Shown here: in pieces, positions 1 through 12,700 of the stretch | How positions within the stretch are numbered: the stretch's first letter is position 1 | Layout of the letters: the number at the start of each line of letters is the position of its first letter | NCBI GenBank assembly: GCA_951406725.2 | Contig: OX597814.1 | Location: 161,634,001 to 161,698,000, forward strand | Reading direction: 5' to 3' | Length of the DNA: 64,000 nt | From: Octopus vulgaris | Lineage: Eukaryota | Made by a program: the position numbers and the translations under genes | The notes under the pieces: model-generated | The model's input: the letters and a program-made list of their open reading frames with translations, nothing else | What the model was told of the DNA's origin: nothing | Database searches by the model: none

Positions 1-213
1 GCTCCAGTCCACTCAGGTGGTGAAAATGAGTAGTACCTCTATTTCAGAGGGTCAGCCTTGTTACATTCTGTGTCATACTGTATTTCCTTGAGAACTATGA
101 TAAGGGTGGGTGTATCTGTGGCATGCTCAGCTACTTGCATGTTAATTTTACAAGCAGGCTGTTCCATTGGTCAGATCAACTGGAACTCTTATCGTTGTAA
201 TCAATGGAGTGCT
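1..213 (+). mobile_element. SINE-like interspersed repeat, 3' part
   Basis: Opening gctccagtccactcag..aaaatgagta recurs in reverse at ~15308-15390; a related head (gcattgtgttcttgagcaaaacactt) is at ~42160-42455. Confidence 0.5.
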
Positions 214-510
214 AGTTAACATCAATGTAGTTGAGTGGTGTTTGTCTTCTATTAGAGTCTGAAAGTCTCCCAAATACAACGTCTGATCTTGTTCATCATG
301 TGGGCACTGTCCAGTAAAACTTATCCTGCATTAAACAAAAACAGTAGAGATGGGTGGAATGTGTCCATAAGTCTCCTCTTTGGTCTTGTGTTCATGACAT
401 GTATGCTTTGAAACCTTATGAGAAACCTGGCGTATGTACTATGAAGGTAATCATAAAGCTCCTTCCTGATAGTCGAAGTTTTAACTTCACAGAGAAGACA
501 CATGTCTTAA

Positions 511-731
511 CCCTTTCGTTACCAACCCGACTGAAACCGGCTCTGGCTCTTTAGTATAAATGTCTTGTTTTCATAAGTTTTGAATTCAAATCTTCCACCA
601 AACCTAAGTCACAATTTATGTTCCTAACACTAGCTGAATGATAACTAAGTTATTTTACTAAATTCTTTGTTATATTTAATGTAATTGAAAGAAACACAGA
701 ACATCTCAAAATAAATACAGTAACGAAAGGG
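511..731. mobile_element. TTAA-flanked piggyBac-like MITE (young copy)
   Basis: Perfect 12-bp TIR CCCTTTCGTTAC/GTAACGAAAGGG, with TTAA at 507-510 and 732-735. Confidence 0.8.
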
Positions 732-735
732 TTAA

Positions 736-922
736 ACCTTTTGATACAAATTTGCCATTTTGAAGTGATCTAAATTGAAACTTACCATTAAAATTTTGTG
801 TTAAATTATGTTCCAAACACTAGCTTAATAGTGACAAATTTATTTTACAAAGTTTGTTATTATTTTCAAAATTAATTGAAATAAAGGCTATGTATTTCAA
901 CAGAGATATGGTAATGAAAAAG
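736..922. mobile_element. Older related TTAA MITE abutting the previous one
   Basis: Internal sequence parallels 511-731 (ttatgttcc.aacactagct.aat..., ends gtaatgaaaaag|ttaa). A further reverse copy starts at ~59413. Confidence 0.6.
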
Positions 923-1519
923 TTAAAGTAGGCCAATCACAGCCAAGTATTGTAAGTATAATCACTATATCCAGGAAGAGATGTTTTAAATATAATAGTT
1001 GGCTTAAAAGATTACTAAGTAAGGTTCACATACAGCAAGATTTTTTTAAAAATTTAATTATTGAATTGTTCTAAAGTAATCATGCAGTTAAAAATTCCAA
1101 TTTTAAAAGATGCCATCTGGAAAATGATCTCAACTCTATTGAAATTAGATTAATTACTTAACTGTATGCTGTATTTTGTAATTATTGATGCTAGTTTATT
1201 ATTAATGCATCAACATTGTCTGAGAAGCAGCAGGAAGATGCTTATAATTTAATAACAAATATTCTCTGCTGTATCAGGGCAGATGAAAAACCAAATTAAT
1301 TGCAAATTGCATCAGGTGAGTTGAAAGAACTGTAACACTACTTTGGTTAGAGAAGCTGCTAAGAGAGAGAGAAAAAAAAGAAAACTATTGGTTAATATAA
1401 AACAAACTTTAGGATGCCCCACTCTCAATCCACGGATAAGCAAATTGGAACTGCAAGATCTAAATGCCCATGATGTTTAAAAAGAGATTTACTCTGCAGT
1501 TATTATTGTTATTATTGTG

Positions 1520-1705
1520 GTTTAGTCCCAAATGAGTTCTGATTGAGCAGACCTAATAATCAAAAGTCATTATAGCCCAGTCTATCCTGATCAACAGTAG
1601 CTCATATGTCCTTCCCATTTTAAAAGAAAAGAATGTAATTTGAGAGATCTGGCTGCTATTTCTAGTAGGTCAAGTGACTGCCTAAAGGCTTCTACATTGA
1701 CTCGT
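1520..1705 (+). repeat. Old ~200-250 bp interspersed repeat family
   Basis: Motifs gagcagaccta..atcaaa and gatttggctgctatttctagcaggt recur at ~2040-2250, 2380-2540, 6340-6560, 16505-16710, 50975-51180, 51700-51830, 58115-58330, and in reverse at ~11820-12005, 41605-41990, 44640-44830, 45700-45850. Confidence 0.65.
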
Positions 1706-2794
1706 GCTATTAGAATGTCAGTGGGTAGGTCGAACTCTTGATCATCTAACCAATTCCAGAGTTTCTTGGAGAAGATATAATCGAAATAGTTGTTTTTATT
1801 GTCTACATGACACCTGTAAGAGAAATGAATTGAACACTGGCAGTGAGTTGAGCTTACACTCCCTCTTCCTTTCTCAGAACACATGCACATAAAATATAAT
1901 TTTCTCAGAATAGGAATAAATTAAAAATAAAATGTTTCCAAACAAAAAGATAGACAGCAAATCTTTTAAAGCCTAGCCAATCTTTTTTGTAGTAACTGAT
2001 AAAGAAAAGGGGCAAAATTCTTCATTTTCTGGAGTTGTTTTCCCTATGTCTATCCAACTCAAACAAACCAATGATCAAATGAAATCCAATCATGACCAAT
2101 CTATCTTTTTCCTACACAGTTTACCCAGTGCTGCATTATCTATCATATGCTCCCTTTCTTCTTTGAAAGTAGGGCATGATCTGAGTGAGGTTTAATTTCT
2201 ATTTCTAGCAGATTGAGTGGCTGCATAGAGGTCCCCATCCTTTTGGTTTGAATTGTCAAATGTAATTTCTTTGGGTCATACATAAATTGACAACTAGAGA
2301 CAAGACAAGTGCAAAATGAGAGAAATGACTGGGCAAGAAAATAAGAAAACTAAAGGATATCAGTTCTTATTGTCCACTCTCTGGTCAGACCTTAGATCAC
2401 AAGATATTCTGACCATGACATTGCATCTGTTGTTTAGAGATGTTGCAAATCTAGAAGTACATTAGCTACAATGTTCCTCTATTTTCAAGATGTGATTTAA
2501 AGGAGGCTTAGTGCTATTTTTTGTCAGTCAAACAACCATGTAGCAGGACAGTCATTTCATTCTCAAAAACGTATCGGTCTTAATGCTAGAGAAAATTGTC
2601 TTTTTTTTTTTTTTATATATATTTTGCTTTATAATGAAGTTATAATGTGTTAGAAATTTATGCAATAAATGACAGATTCAAAAATATTCTTCATTACTAA
2701 TTAAAATTTACCTTTTAGTTGGAGAAAGAAAAAAAAAACCTAGCAGTAATTGTTGGTGACTCTCAAAGAAAAAGGAGATAATTTCAAGAAATCG

Positions 2795-3000
2795 GTTTCA
2801 AATTTTGGTAGCAGTTTAGGAGGAGGAGTTAAGTCGATTACATCAACCCCCAGTGCTTAACTGGTACTTATTTTATTGACCGTGAAAGGATAAAAGGCAA
2901 AGTCAACTGTGGCGGAATTTGAACTCAGAATGTAAAGTCAAATGAGATGCCACTAAGCGTTTTGCCCAGCACCCTAATGATTCTGTGAGATCACTGCCTT
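2795..3000 (-). mobile_element. tRNA-related SINE family A
   Basis: Reverse copy of the family seen at 6647-6862, 7258-7470, 30591-30785, 43201-43405 and 59520-59730 (gttctgagttcaaatt..ctttgcctttcatcctt..gataaaataagtaccag). Confidence 0.75.
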
Positions 3001-3214
3001 ATGTAATTTCAAGAAATTAAAAATAAAAAGGAGAGAAAACTATTAACCTTTTGAAGTTCATTTGTATTCTTAAAGGAAGGAAAATCTGATATTTGTTTGC
3101 AGGTAAGGGGCAATTATAGCATAGCAGAGTCCATTGAAACCTGCTTGATTAGTTGACAAACATATATTTAGATAAAGCAAAAAAAGTCACAAATAATTTC
3201 TGGCTAGCATAAGT

Positions 3215-3541
3215 TACTCTTTACTTTCTTTACTCTTTTACTTGTTTCAGTAATTTTTCTATTGGTCTCTTTTGCCGAACCGCTAAGTTACGGGGATGTA
3301 AACACACCAGCATCGGTTGTCAAGCAATGTAGGGGGGTAAAACACAGACACACAAATACACACACACAAATATATATACAATGGGTTTTTTTCAGTTTCC
3401 ATCTACCAAATCCACTCACAAGCCTTTGGTCAACCCGAGGCTATAGTAGAAGACACTTGCCCAAGGTGCCATGCAGTGGGACTGAACCCAGAACCATGTG
3501 GTTGGTAAACAAGCTACTTACCACACAGCCACTCCTATGCC
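3215..3541 (-). mobile_element. tRNA-headed SINE family B with internal microsatellite (internally deleted copy)
   Basis: Reverse complement of the 26980-27440 element: A/B-box-like head, ccttgggcaagtg core, (gtaaaaga)n tail. Confidence 0.8.
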
Positions 3542-3612
3542 TAATTAAAAAATATTGTCTGATACACTGACCTCTTTATCTATCTAACTGACTAAATCAT
3601 ATGATAGAGAAG

Positions 3613-3846
3613 TGTTGTGATGAGAGCCACGATGCCTCCTTGTGAGAAATAGATTGGACCAAGCGATTATAAATAGTAGCGGTCAGTGTGAAGTTTGGTG
3701 TGTGAGTTTGAGTTGAGTTTGTAATGAAGTTGGAAGGTGTTGGTTGGTTAGTTCATTTGGAATATTGATTGTTTGTTCGTGAAGAGATTGTTGGATCATT
3801 ACGTTGTTATTATGGCTGCACTGATATCTTGTTTGCTGTTACAACA
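3613..3846 (+). mobile_element. Possible LTR remnant
   Basis: TGTTGT...ACAACA inverted termini, internal TATAAATA, followed by cTGG (PBS-like). No matching TSD. Confidence 0.35.
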
Positions 3847-6035
3847 CTGGTACAGTGTATCTAAACCATCCATCATAATATCATTATGGTACCATGACAT
3901 CGAAGACAGGGGATACAAGAAAAAAACAGTTCCCTTTTAAAAATATCTGGTGGTTTACTTTGGGGACATGTCTAACACTCACAGTATTTATGATATTGCA
4001 GCTATTCCTCAATTACAAGTTAGTGTCTAATGCAGGTTACACAAGGAGAAAGTGAATTCGATTAAAATTCAAGCCATTTTAAATATGTAGAACTGATAAG
4101 AATGTAAAAAAAAATTGCACAGAGTCCTCATCATTCCCACAAATTCAAATCTGAGACATATGGCTATGTATAGACAAAATAGATAGTTTGCAGCTCAAAC
4201 AATATAATATCATTTGCAGTACACAAAGCTCATAAAGATCAAATGCATTCCGCCTTTGTTAAAAAATATCTTGAAAAGATACAAGCTTATATAATGAAGT
4301 GGTTCAGCATTATGGACAATGTATTAAATTAAAGCTGTGAATAGGAGGTGTATATTTTAACCATAACAGCTGGCACTGCTCTACAAAGTACAAGGAACCA
4401 CTAATAAGTTGAAAGTAGGGCATGCACTGCAGAAGAAATCATGTCTCTTTTTGTTTCTCTTTTGTTCTTTTTGATACTTTGCTAGACCAATATTTTAGGT
4501 CAATAGACAGGAGAAAGAGAAAGAGGAGAGAAAAGAACAATGAAAGAAAACAAAAAGAAAAATATTACAAACAGTGAAGACATTTGTAAGCTGTGTATAT
4601 ATATATCTATGCAAATTGGATGTGTATTTGTATGCATGTATGTGTGTATTGGTGCATGTGTGTGTGTGTATGTGTAAGTATTTATGTGCATGTATAAATG
4701 TAAATAAAGAAAAGAGAGAGAGAGTGCAAGAGAGGGAGAATTACCATAATTTCTTTAGTGTAAAAGATATGTGAAGAGAAAGTACAATGACAGTGTGTTT
4801 TAAAATTCAGTAACATATACTGCATCACCTCTTTTTTTTTCCTTCTTGTTTTTACTTGTCTTCCTCTTTTCAACAGTCAGCTGCTCTGGTCGTCTCATCT
4901 TTCCTTAGTCACTTAGTGCTTGCTCTCATCCCTTGATGCTAACTGCTACTTCAATCCATGTCTAAATCTGCCTCATCAAAAATGATGGCACATATACAGT
5001 TAGCAAAGACCTCTATCTTCTTACTCAAACTGTAGCACATATAAAATTTTGGCTCTTCTTCATGTAGTCTTCCCTTGTGCCATTCTTATTCTTAGTTCAA
5101 AAGCCTGTCACGTTAATAATTTTCTTTCATTTTCACTTATATCACTTCAGATACCCACTTACCCAATGATCCTATATGGTCCTCCTATACTATATCTCAC
5201 TTCAAAATGTTTCAAGCTTCATCTGCCTGTTACAACTTACTTCCAGGTTTTGCTTTCCCTTCTAGCTGGATAAACATATCAGCTAGCTTTCTATATAATT
5301 TCGGCTACCTCTTTTCTTTTGAGTCTGGCAAGAATATCTTTTATCACATACATACATAAAATATACAAAACCCATTACATCTGTGAAACTGAACATGATT
5401 TGTGACAGGAAAAGAAAAATCAGAATATTAAAAACATAAGAGAAAGAAAAAATAACTGAATAAAAATGCCTTTGAAATACAACATTTTAAAAACAGTATT
5501 GATAACACAGACAGGCAGATGGTGAGGAACACCCTCATTCAGATTCTAACAGTCATTCATGTCTTAATCAATAATCTGCATGAAAAGAAATTGACTTTAT
5601 TTTATGATAAAAATTAGGAAGAAATAATTTTTTTTTTATTTTAGGAATACCAAAATACCAAAAAAAAAAAGGAAAAAAAAATTAAATTAAATTTTAAAGA
5701 AATGAGTTGTGCTTGTCATTTCAAATCAATAAAGGATGAATATAAAGAATGAGTAATCATTTCCGTTATCATTGAATAGAGATATAGTTTAGATTGAAAA
5801 TGTAATTGGTAAACAAAATAGTGTCGAATAGAAAGAGACAGATCAAGGAAATGTGATAGTGCAGTATGTTGGGTTGAAATATAACTATTCATACAAAGAG
5901 TTATAGTTTCATATATATTTGGTGTGTGTATGTGTGTGATTTACATCTCATTGGTTGTGAGAATAGACTGATGGACAACTAATTACAAGGTCATGAGTTC
6001 AAACTGCTATAAGTAATATGTTTTTGTTCAGATTC

Positions 6036-6091
6036 ATTTCAACCCCAATAAAGTGGTCCAACAATTTCAACCCTAATAAAGTGGTCCAACA
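6036..6091 (+). repeat. 28-bp tandem duplication
   Basis: atttcaaccc(c/t)aataaagtggtccaaca x2. Confidence 0.85.
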
Positions 6092-6646
6092 ATGACTAAT
6101 TTGTCCTCTTTCTTTTTTTCCTATTTTTTTTATTTTGGGATGAAGGGGCATAATGTATCCTGGACAACATTATCTGATGTGTCATTACTTTAAGATGGCA
6201 AATGTAAATTGTGAGATTTAACTGTAATTTCCAGCAAGTTTAGTGACTAGACATGAAGTTATTCTGTTGGTTGCAGACAACCTAATAGAGAATTGGTGCA
6301 ATAAAAGTCAAGTAGTTTATGGTAAGAAGATCATGTAGTTGTCATTTAGTTTCAGGGCAACTCTAGTCTGGTCAAGTTGACCTGCAATGAAAAGCATCCA
6401 AGCCACAGTCATCCTTTCTTTTCAGACAGAGTGTATCTCAAACAACATTATCCAATATAACCTTAACCGTTTTAAAGACAACAGTATTTAATTTGAGAGA
6501 CATGGTTGCTACATTTAGCAGGTCAAATAATGATGTAGAGGTTTCAGCATTAGCTTAGATGATCTGGTTGCAAAGATACTAACAATACAACAGTCTATAT
6601 CCACCTATGAATGGAAACAGGGATGATGAGAATATATGTAAGTAGT

Positions 6647-7700
6647 AAGGTGGTGAACTGGCAGAATCATTAGCATGCCAGGCAAAATGCTTAGTGGCAT
6701 TTCATCCATCTTCATGTTCTGTGTCCAAATTCTGCAGAGGTCAACTTTGCCTTTCATCCTTTCAGGGTTGATAAAATAAGTAACAGTTGAGCACTGGGGT
6801 CAATGTAATCAACTTAACCCTATTTCAGAATTGCTGGCCTTGTGACAAAATTTGAACCTAATACGTGATTGTGGATACTGATTATGCCAATGGTTTCAAG
6901 CAAAGTTTTTGTAACACAAGACTTCTTATGAGCTGGAATGTTTTGGAAGAGCATATATGGTGGGACATTTGCTGACCATTATGATGATGCTTTTACTGTT
7001 GAGAGTAAAAGTGCTGTCTAAGTTGTGTAATTGTATTATGTTGAATGTAAAATGACCTGAAATGGACTTAAACAATTAAAGCAGCAAATAAAATATGCTG
7101 CACTATTTTTTCTGTTTCTTTGCAATTGTCCAACTCTTGCCAAGGTGAACTTTGCATTTCATCCTTAGAGAAAATGAAGTATCAGTCAAGCACTGAATTG
7201 ATGTAATTCCTTCTCTTTAAAACTGGTGGCCTTGATAGCATAAATCAAAACCCATCTAGGGCAGCAAGCAGGCAGAATTATTAGTACATTAGATGAAATG
7301 CTTATCAGAATTTCTTCCAGCTCTTTACATTCTGAGCTCAAATTCTACCAAGGTTGACTTTGCCTTTCATCCTTTTGAGGTTGAGGGACGAGTTCAGCAC
7401 TGAGGTCAATGTAAGCAACTTACTCCCTCCTAAAATTGTTGGCCTCAAGCCAAAATTTGAAGCAATTATTTTTATTATTACCAAGCCAGTGGAGTGGAAG
7501 AATCAGTAGAGCAACAGAAAAAATACCTTGCAGTTTTTGTTTAATCCCTTTTCATTTTAAGTTTAAATTCTGCTGGGATTGAATCAACTTTATTGCTCAT
7601 CCTATTACGGTCTATAAAATGCCAGTCAAGTACTGGAGTCTATAGTATTAATAAACCTGCCTCCCTAAAATTTCTAGCTTTGTGCCTATATGAGAAACAA
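6647..7700 (+). mobile_element. Cluster of four family-A SINE copies (6647-6862, ~7135-7250, 7258-7470, ~7483-7700)
   Basis: Repeated motifs ggcagaat..ttagca, ctttgcctttcatcc and tggcct..tgccaaaatttgaa, with (att)n tails. Confidence 0.7.
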
Positions 7701-7711
7701 TTATTATTATT

Positions 7712-7930
7712 GTGAGGTATATTTGCCATCTCAATATGGCTAACCACTAAGGGTGGGTGTTACTGTAGCTTGTAGCCCCTGGAGAACATCTCCTCCAGCT
7801 GGCTATAGGCACACTTTCTCCTGGGGCTACAAGCTACAGTAACACCCACCCTTAGTGGTTAGCCATATTGAGATGGCAAATATACCTCACGTTGTCATGC
7901 AGTTACTGTTTATACCTCGTTCAGAGATTT
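7712..7930. mobile_element. Asymmetric fold-back insertion in (ATT)n
   Basis: 68-bp perfect inverted arms 7712-7779 / 7823-7890, extended by ggagaa/ttctcc. 40-nt extension 7891-7930. Flanked by aattattattatt at 7699-7711 and 7931-7943. Confidence 0.75.
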
Positions 7931-7980
7931 AATTATTATTATTATTATTATTGTTATTATTATTATTATTATTATTATTA

Positions 7981-8190
7981 CATTTGACCTCTCAGAGCAG
8001 CCGATCTTGTTCCAGTTAATTCTGTGAAAGCAAACAGCAAACTGTTCTAAAAGATCTCATAGGGTCTTTTTCCATGAATTATAAAACTTGGAAATGTTCA
8101 GTATCGTGGAAGATACTTAACACTCAAATACAAATCTCAAAATCCTTGCTGTCCCCAATAAAGCAGTTTTTTGAGCATGTTCTACCCTCA
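7981..8190 (-). mobile_element. 3' end fragment of an R4/Dong-like RLE LINE (subfamily 3)
   Basis: Minus frame reads LRVEHAQKTALLGTARILRFVFEC*, the C-terminal motif shared with the two upstream elements, followed by a 3' UTR and (TAA)n. Confidence 0.7.
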
Positions 8191-8208
8191 ATTATTATTA
8201 TTATTATA

Positions 8209-9278
8209 TGAAGACTCACAGCTTATTTTGCTGGGTATGATGGTAAGTGTCAGCTGTCCACAATCAGCAGACTTGTTTACTGGTCATGCTTCAAGAACCT
8301 TGTGAAGAATTCTTGCAGTTCCAAGCAATGCTGATTTTTGTAGGTGTTCTACCTTCACACTAGCACCAATCTTTTTCAGCCATGTTGGTAGTTGAGCTGA
8401 TAATTCCTAGTGCACCAATTTTTATTGGTATCATATCTACTCTCTTCATTAATCACAACCTTCATATTTCCCACTTTAAATCGTCATAGTTGTTTATTTT
8501 TTCTTCTTCTTTCACATTGATCTTGTTGTTACTGGAGCATGCTATGTCGATAATCATGCATGTTCTTTCTTTTTTATTCACCACAACAGTGTCCAGTTTC
8601 CAATGTCTACTCAGGTGATCTCACTGGATCATTACATCCCACAGGATTTTGCAGTTCTCATTTTCAGTGACTCCTTCTGGAGTTTATTCATACCACATCT
8701 TTGCTCTTTGTAGGCCGTGATTTCCACAGAGCTCCCAATGGATCATTCTTGCTACATTGTCATGGCATCAATTGTATTCATGTTATGCCAATTTCAGGAA
8801 TTTGCTAATGATGTGCCATACTGTTTCACCCCTCTCACCACACATTCTGCATTTGTCACTATCAGTAGTGTTGTCAATTCTGCATATCATATAATTGGTC
8901 CTTGATGCTTGTATCTGAGCTGCACATATGAGTGCTTCTCTCTCTGTCTTCAGGTCACTCCTCTTCATCCATAGCCACCAGTCCTTTGTATTTGTTTCGG
9001 CGTTCACATCTCTTGCAAACTGACCATACATCTTTTTTTCCTTCCATACTTTTTTTTTGTTCATTTCTTGTTTAAATTTTTCTTTAGTGTCACAATTTTC
9101 AGTTTTGATGACACCAGCCTCCTTCATGTGTTTCAACAGTGGCTCTACAGCATTTTTTATATACCACCCTAAGCTGTTTTCCTCTTCTTTGATACAGTTC
9201 TGGCAACTGATCAAATCTCTGGTCAAGTGCAGCCTATCAGTGTCACTCTTAGTAGGGAAGGCTCCATGTACTGTCAGC
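8209..9278 (-). mobile_element. Decayed 5'-truncated R4/Dong-like RLE LINE (subfamily 2)
   Basis: Disrupted frames give LTVHGAFPTKSDTDRLHL.., MYGQF, LKTEREALICAAQIQASRTNY, CRMCGERGETVWHIIS and QKSALLGTARILHKVLEA*. (TAA)n tail at 8191-8208. Confidence 0.8.
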
Positions 9279-9294
9279 TATTATTATTATTATT

Positions 9295-11252
9295 CTATGT
9301 TTGACTTTTGCTTTATGTTTGTACAAGTTGGCTCCAAGTCTCACCCAGAGACCTCAAGAGACAACAGGTTGGAAGTTCACGTTGTTGTTATGCCTAGTGT
9401 GCCATATATTTGGTTTTTATTTTTGGTGTTGTACTAGTGAATGTCTAATAAATAAATTTAAAAAAAAAAAGTTTGTTTTAAACCTTGGGATTACATAGAG
9501 AGTATTTTGCGTAGGATATGAGCAGTTCCCATGAGCACTATCTTTTGAATTTCTGCCATTTTGGGGTTTCCTGGTATCTGAGTTATGTAGCAATCAGCCC
9601 CTTTCACTATCATTCCCAGGGCACCTATGACAACAGGTATTGTTTTAGTCTTCAGCTTCCACATTTTGCTGATTTTTATTTAAAGATCTTTATATTTGCT
9701 CAGTTTTTGGTAGGTCTTGACAGACACGTTTATATCGATTGGGACAGTCATATCAATGAGGAGGCATGCTCTTTGTCTGAAGTCTTTCAATATGATGTCT
9801 GGCCTATTTGCATCTATCTTTCTGTCAGTTTGAATGGTGAAGTTCCAGAGGAGTGAGATGTGTTCATTTTCAAGCACTGGAGGTGGATTGTGTTCCCACC
9901 AGTTTTTTTCATGGGGCAAATCCAGGTTTTTGCAAATTACCCAGTGAATATATTGTGCAGCTCTATCATGCCTGTTGAGGTACTCTGTAGGCGCTAGAAG
10001 ACTGCACTTGGAGACAACATGATCAATGGTTTCATTTTGTTGTCGACATACACGATATGTTGGGCTACTGCCGTTCTTTAATATGTTGGCCTGGTAGTTT
10101 CTTGTTGGTAGGCATTGATCTTGAGCTGCTATGATAAACCCTTCTGTTTCAGATTTTAAGCCAGAGGCCATTAGCCATTGATGGGTCAGGGCTTTGTCAA
10201 TATCTGCATTATTCGCTCTCTTTGGGTATTTGCCATAGAGAGGTTTTTCTTGCCATTTATTATTCAGAATATCTAAGGCCGCAGTTTTGGCACGGGTTTT
10301 CATGCGCTTAGCTTTTTCTATGCTTGTTTCTTGTATGTCTATCTCTAATTCCGAAATTTGTTGTATTCGGAATTCACTTAGATATTCCTTTGCCTGTTTT
10401 GTTACTGAGTATGATGCTTTCTTGTTTTCATGTTTTGAGACAAGTTTTAACATCCAGTCATCAGACTTTTTCAGGTAGGTGTCTAGGCCAATTGTAGCAA
10501 TCTTCATTGTTATTGCCAGTTGTAAAAGACCACGGCCTCCCTCTTTTCTTGGCAGATAAAGTCGTTCTGTATCTGCCTTAGGGTGGTACATTCTATGCAT
10601 TGTCAACAGTTTTCGTATTTTTCTGTCAAGCTGACATATTTCAGTAACTGACCAGTTAATGATATTGAAACTGTAAGTCACGACTGGTATGGCTAGTGCA
10701 TTGATCGCTTCGATCCTGTTTCTTGCATTCAGCTCTGTCTTGAGTATTGCTCTCACTCTTCGATAACATTCTCTCCTGATCCTTTCCTTCATCTCTGAAT
10801 GCCTTATTCCGTCCCCTTCAATTACCCCTAGGTACTTGTAGCTCTCCGCTGGGTCTAGTTCTTTTATGACATTCTGCTGGTCAAGGTTAATGTTAGATGT
10901 TTCTGTCATTTTTCCTTTGATAAAGGTAGCTTTTGCACATTTATCGAGGCCAAATTGCATTCTGATGTTGTCACTGAATTGCTTGACTATCGCTAGTAAG
11001 CCCTTGAGTTGTTGGTCATTTTTTGCAAAAAGCTTTAAATCATCCATGTAAATAAGATGATTTATATTTTTATCAAACATTTTATACCTGTACTGCGTGT
11101 CATTGAGCAGTTTTGAGAGAGGTATTAAGGCTAAACAAAAGAGGAGTGGTGACAGTGAGTCACCCTGGAAAATGCCACATGAAATTTTTACATCACCAGC
11201 ATTTAGAGATTCATTGTCACTGTTCAGAGTTAGTGTGGTTCTCCATGATCTT
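9295..11252 (-). mobile_element. Young 5'-truncated R4/Dong-like non-LTR retrotransposon (RT + zinc knuckle + restriction-like endonuclease)
   Basis: One frame 11251-9491 with GIFQGDSLSP and YMDDLK (RT), RKEGGRGL, (C>Y)RVC-x8-H-x4-C, RHD, RPDII..IDMTVP..K..KY.DL (RLE) and a single premature TAA at 9682-9680. (TAA)n on both flanks. Confidence 0.92.
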
Positions 11253-11275
11253 TATTATTATTATTATTATTATTA

Positions 11276-11420
11276 TTGGCGTTAGGAAGGGCATCCAGCT
11301 GTAGAAACACTGCCAGATCAGACTGGGCCTGGCACAGCCTTCTGGCTTCCCAGACCCCAGGTGAACCATCCAACCCATGCTAGCATGGAAAACGGACGTT
11401 AAACGATGATGATGATGATT
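11276..11420 (+). mobile_element. RTE-type 3' tail / short non-autonomous element ending in (GAT)n
   Basis: ttggcgttaggaagggcatccagctgtagaaac...gcatggaaaacggacgttaaacgatgatgat. Further copies at ~15135-15270(-), 16860-17033, 26120-26280, 26450-26578, 47630-47830(-), 51535-51680(-), 57075-57240(-), 62890-63085(-). Confidence 0.7.
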
Positions 11421-12159
11421 ATTATTATTATTATGATTTATTGTTGTTGTTGTTGTTATTATAATTATAATTATTATTATTATGATTTATTGTTGTTGTT
11501 GTTGTTATTATAATTATAATTATAATTATTATTATTATTATTTTGCACATGTGAGCAAGTACTGTAGATAGATGTTAAGTTCTGAGTGAGGAACGTTTTA
11601 GATACCCAAAAGAACTAATTCATTTCACATGTTACTCACACCTGTAATTTCCATTCATAATGAAAGGCCTCTCATACATGAACACTTGATCTTGCAAAAC
11701 GTCTTTGTATCAAAGGTATATATGCACAGCTACCTATTCAATTAATATATGTATGTCTTCTTCATAAAATCACATATTACAACATATGTAAAAAAAAACT
11801 TACCTATCTCTAGACTAAGAGGTAGGTCTCTAAGTGGTTATTCAACTCGCTAGAAATAGCAGCCAAATATCCAACAAATCATACCCTACCATTTAAACAG
11901 AAAGTATACATTGGGTATATCATGTCTGAAAAGTAAGATAAGATGATCATGGTTGAATGCTAGGTCAGCCAGCTCAGTTAGTGCAGTCATAAACTAAAGA
12001 ACAGTAACAAACTTTACATAGATCTATGACAATCTCTATATTAATGAAATACATTTTTTGTAGAAGTAATTCTAGTATGAATAAATGAAAAATGTAATTC
12101 TCTAGCTTGAATAAATGAAAAAATGTTGCTAAATTACTCATGAATAAATAAATATATTA

Positions 12160-12323
12160 TGGTGTGGCCGTATAGTTGAGAAGCATGCTTCCCAACCATG
12201 TGGTCTAGAGTTCAGTTCCACTACACAGCACCTCGGGTAAGTGTCTTCCAAAAGTAGAAGGTCAACTAAAGCTTTGTGAGATGATTTGGTAGTCAGAAAC
12301 AGAAAAAAGCTCATCATATACAA

Positions 12324-12354
<31 letters not shown>

Positions 12355-12700
12355 CACATGTGTGAGCACATGTGTGTGTGTGTGTGTGTGTGTGCACATG
12401 TGTGAGCACGTGTGTGTGCTTATGCTTTGTCATCCACCACCACATGACAACTGGTGTTGGTTTGTTTATATTCCTGTAACATAGAGATTGTTAAGTGAAT
12501 ATTCTATCAATTTGTCATGGGTCTATGTAAAGGTTGTTACTGTAAGTTAGTGCTTCGGCAAAAAGAGATTAATAAAATAAGTACTAGGCTTAAAAAGTAA
12601 AAAAAAAAAAGTATTGGGGTTGATTTCTTTCATTAAATCCTTCTGGGCAGTGCCCCAGGATGTTATGGCTGCAGTTCAATGACTGAAACAAGTAAAAGAT
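12160..12700 (+). mobile_element. SINE family B, diverged copy
   Basis: Head ggtgtggc..gaagcatgcttcccaacc, internal (GT)n, tail gactgaaacaagtaaaagat. Confidence 0.7.
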
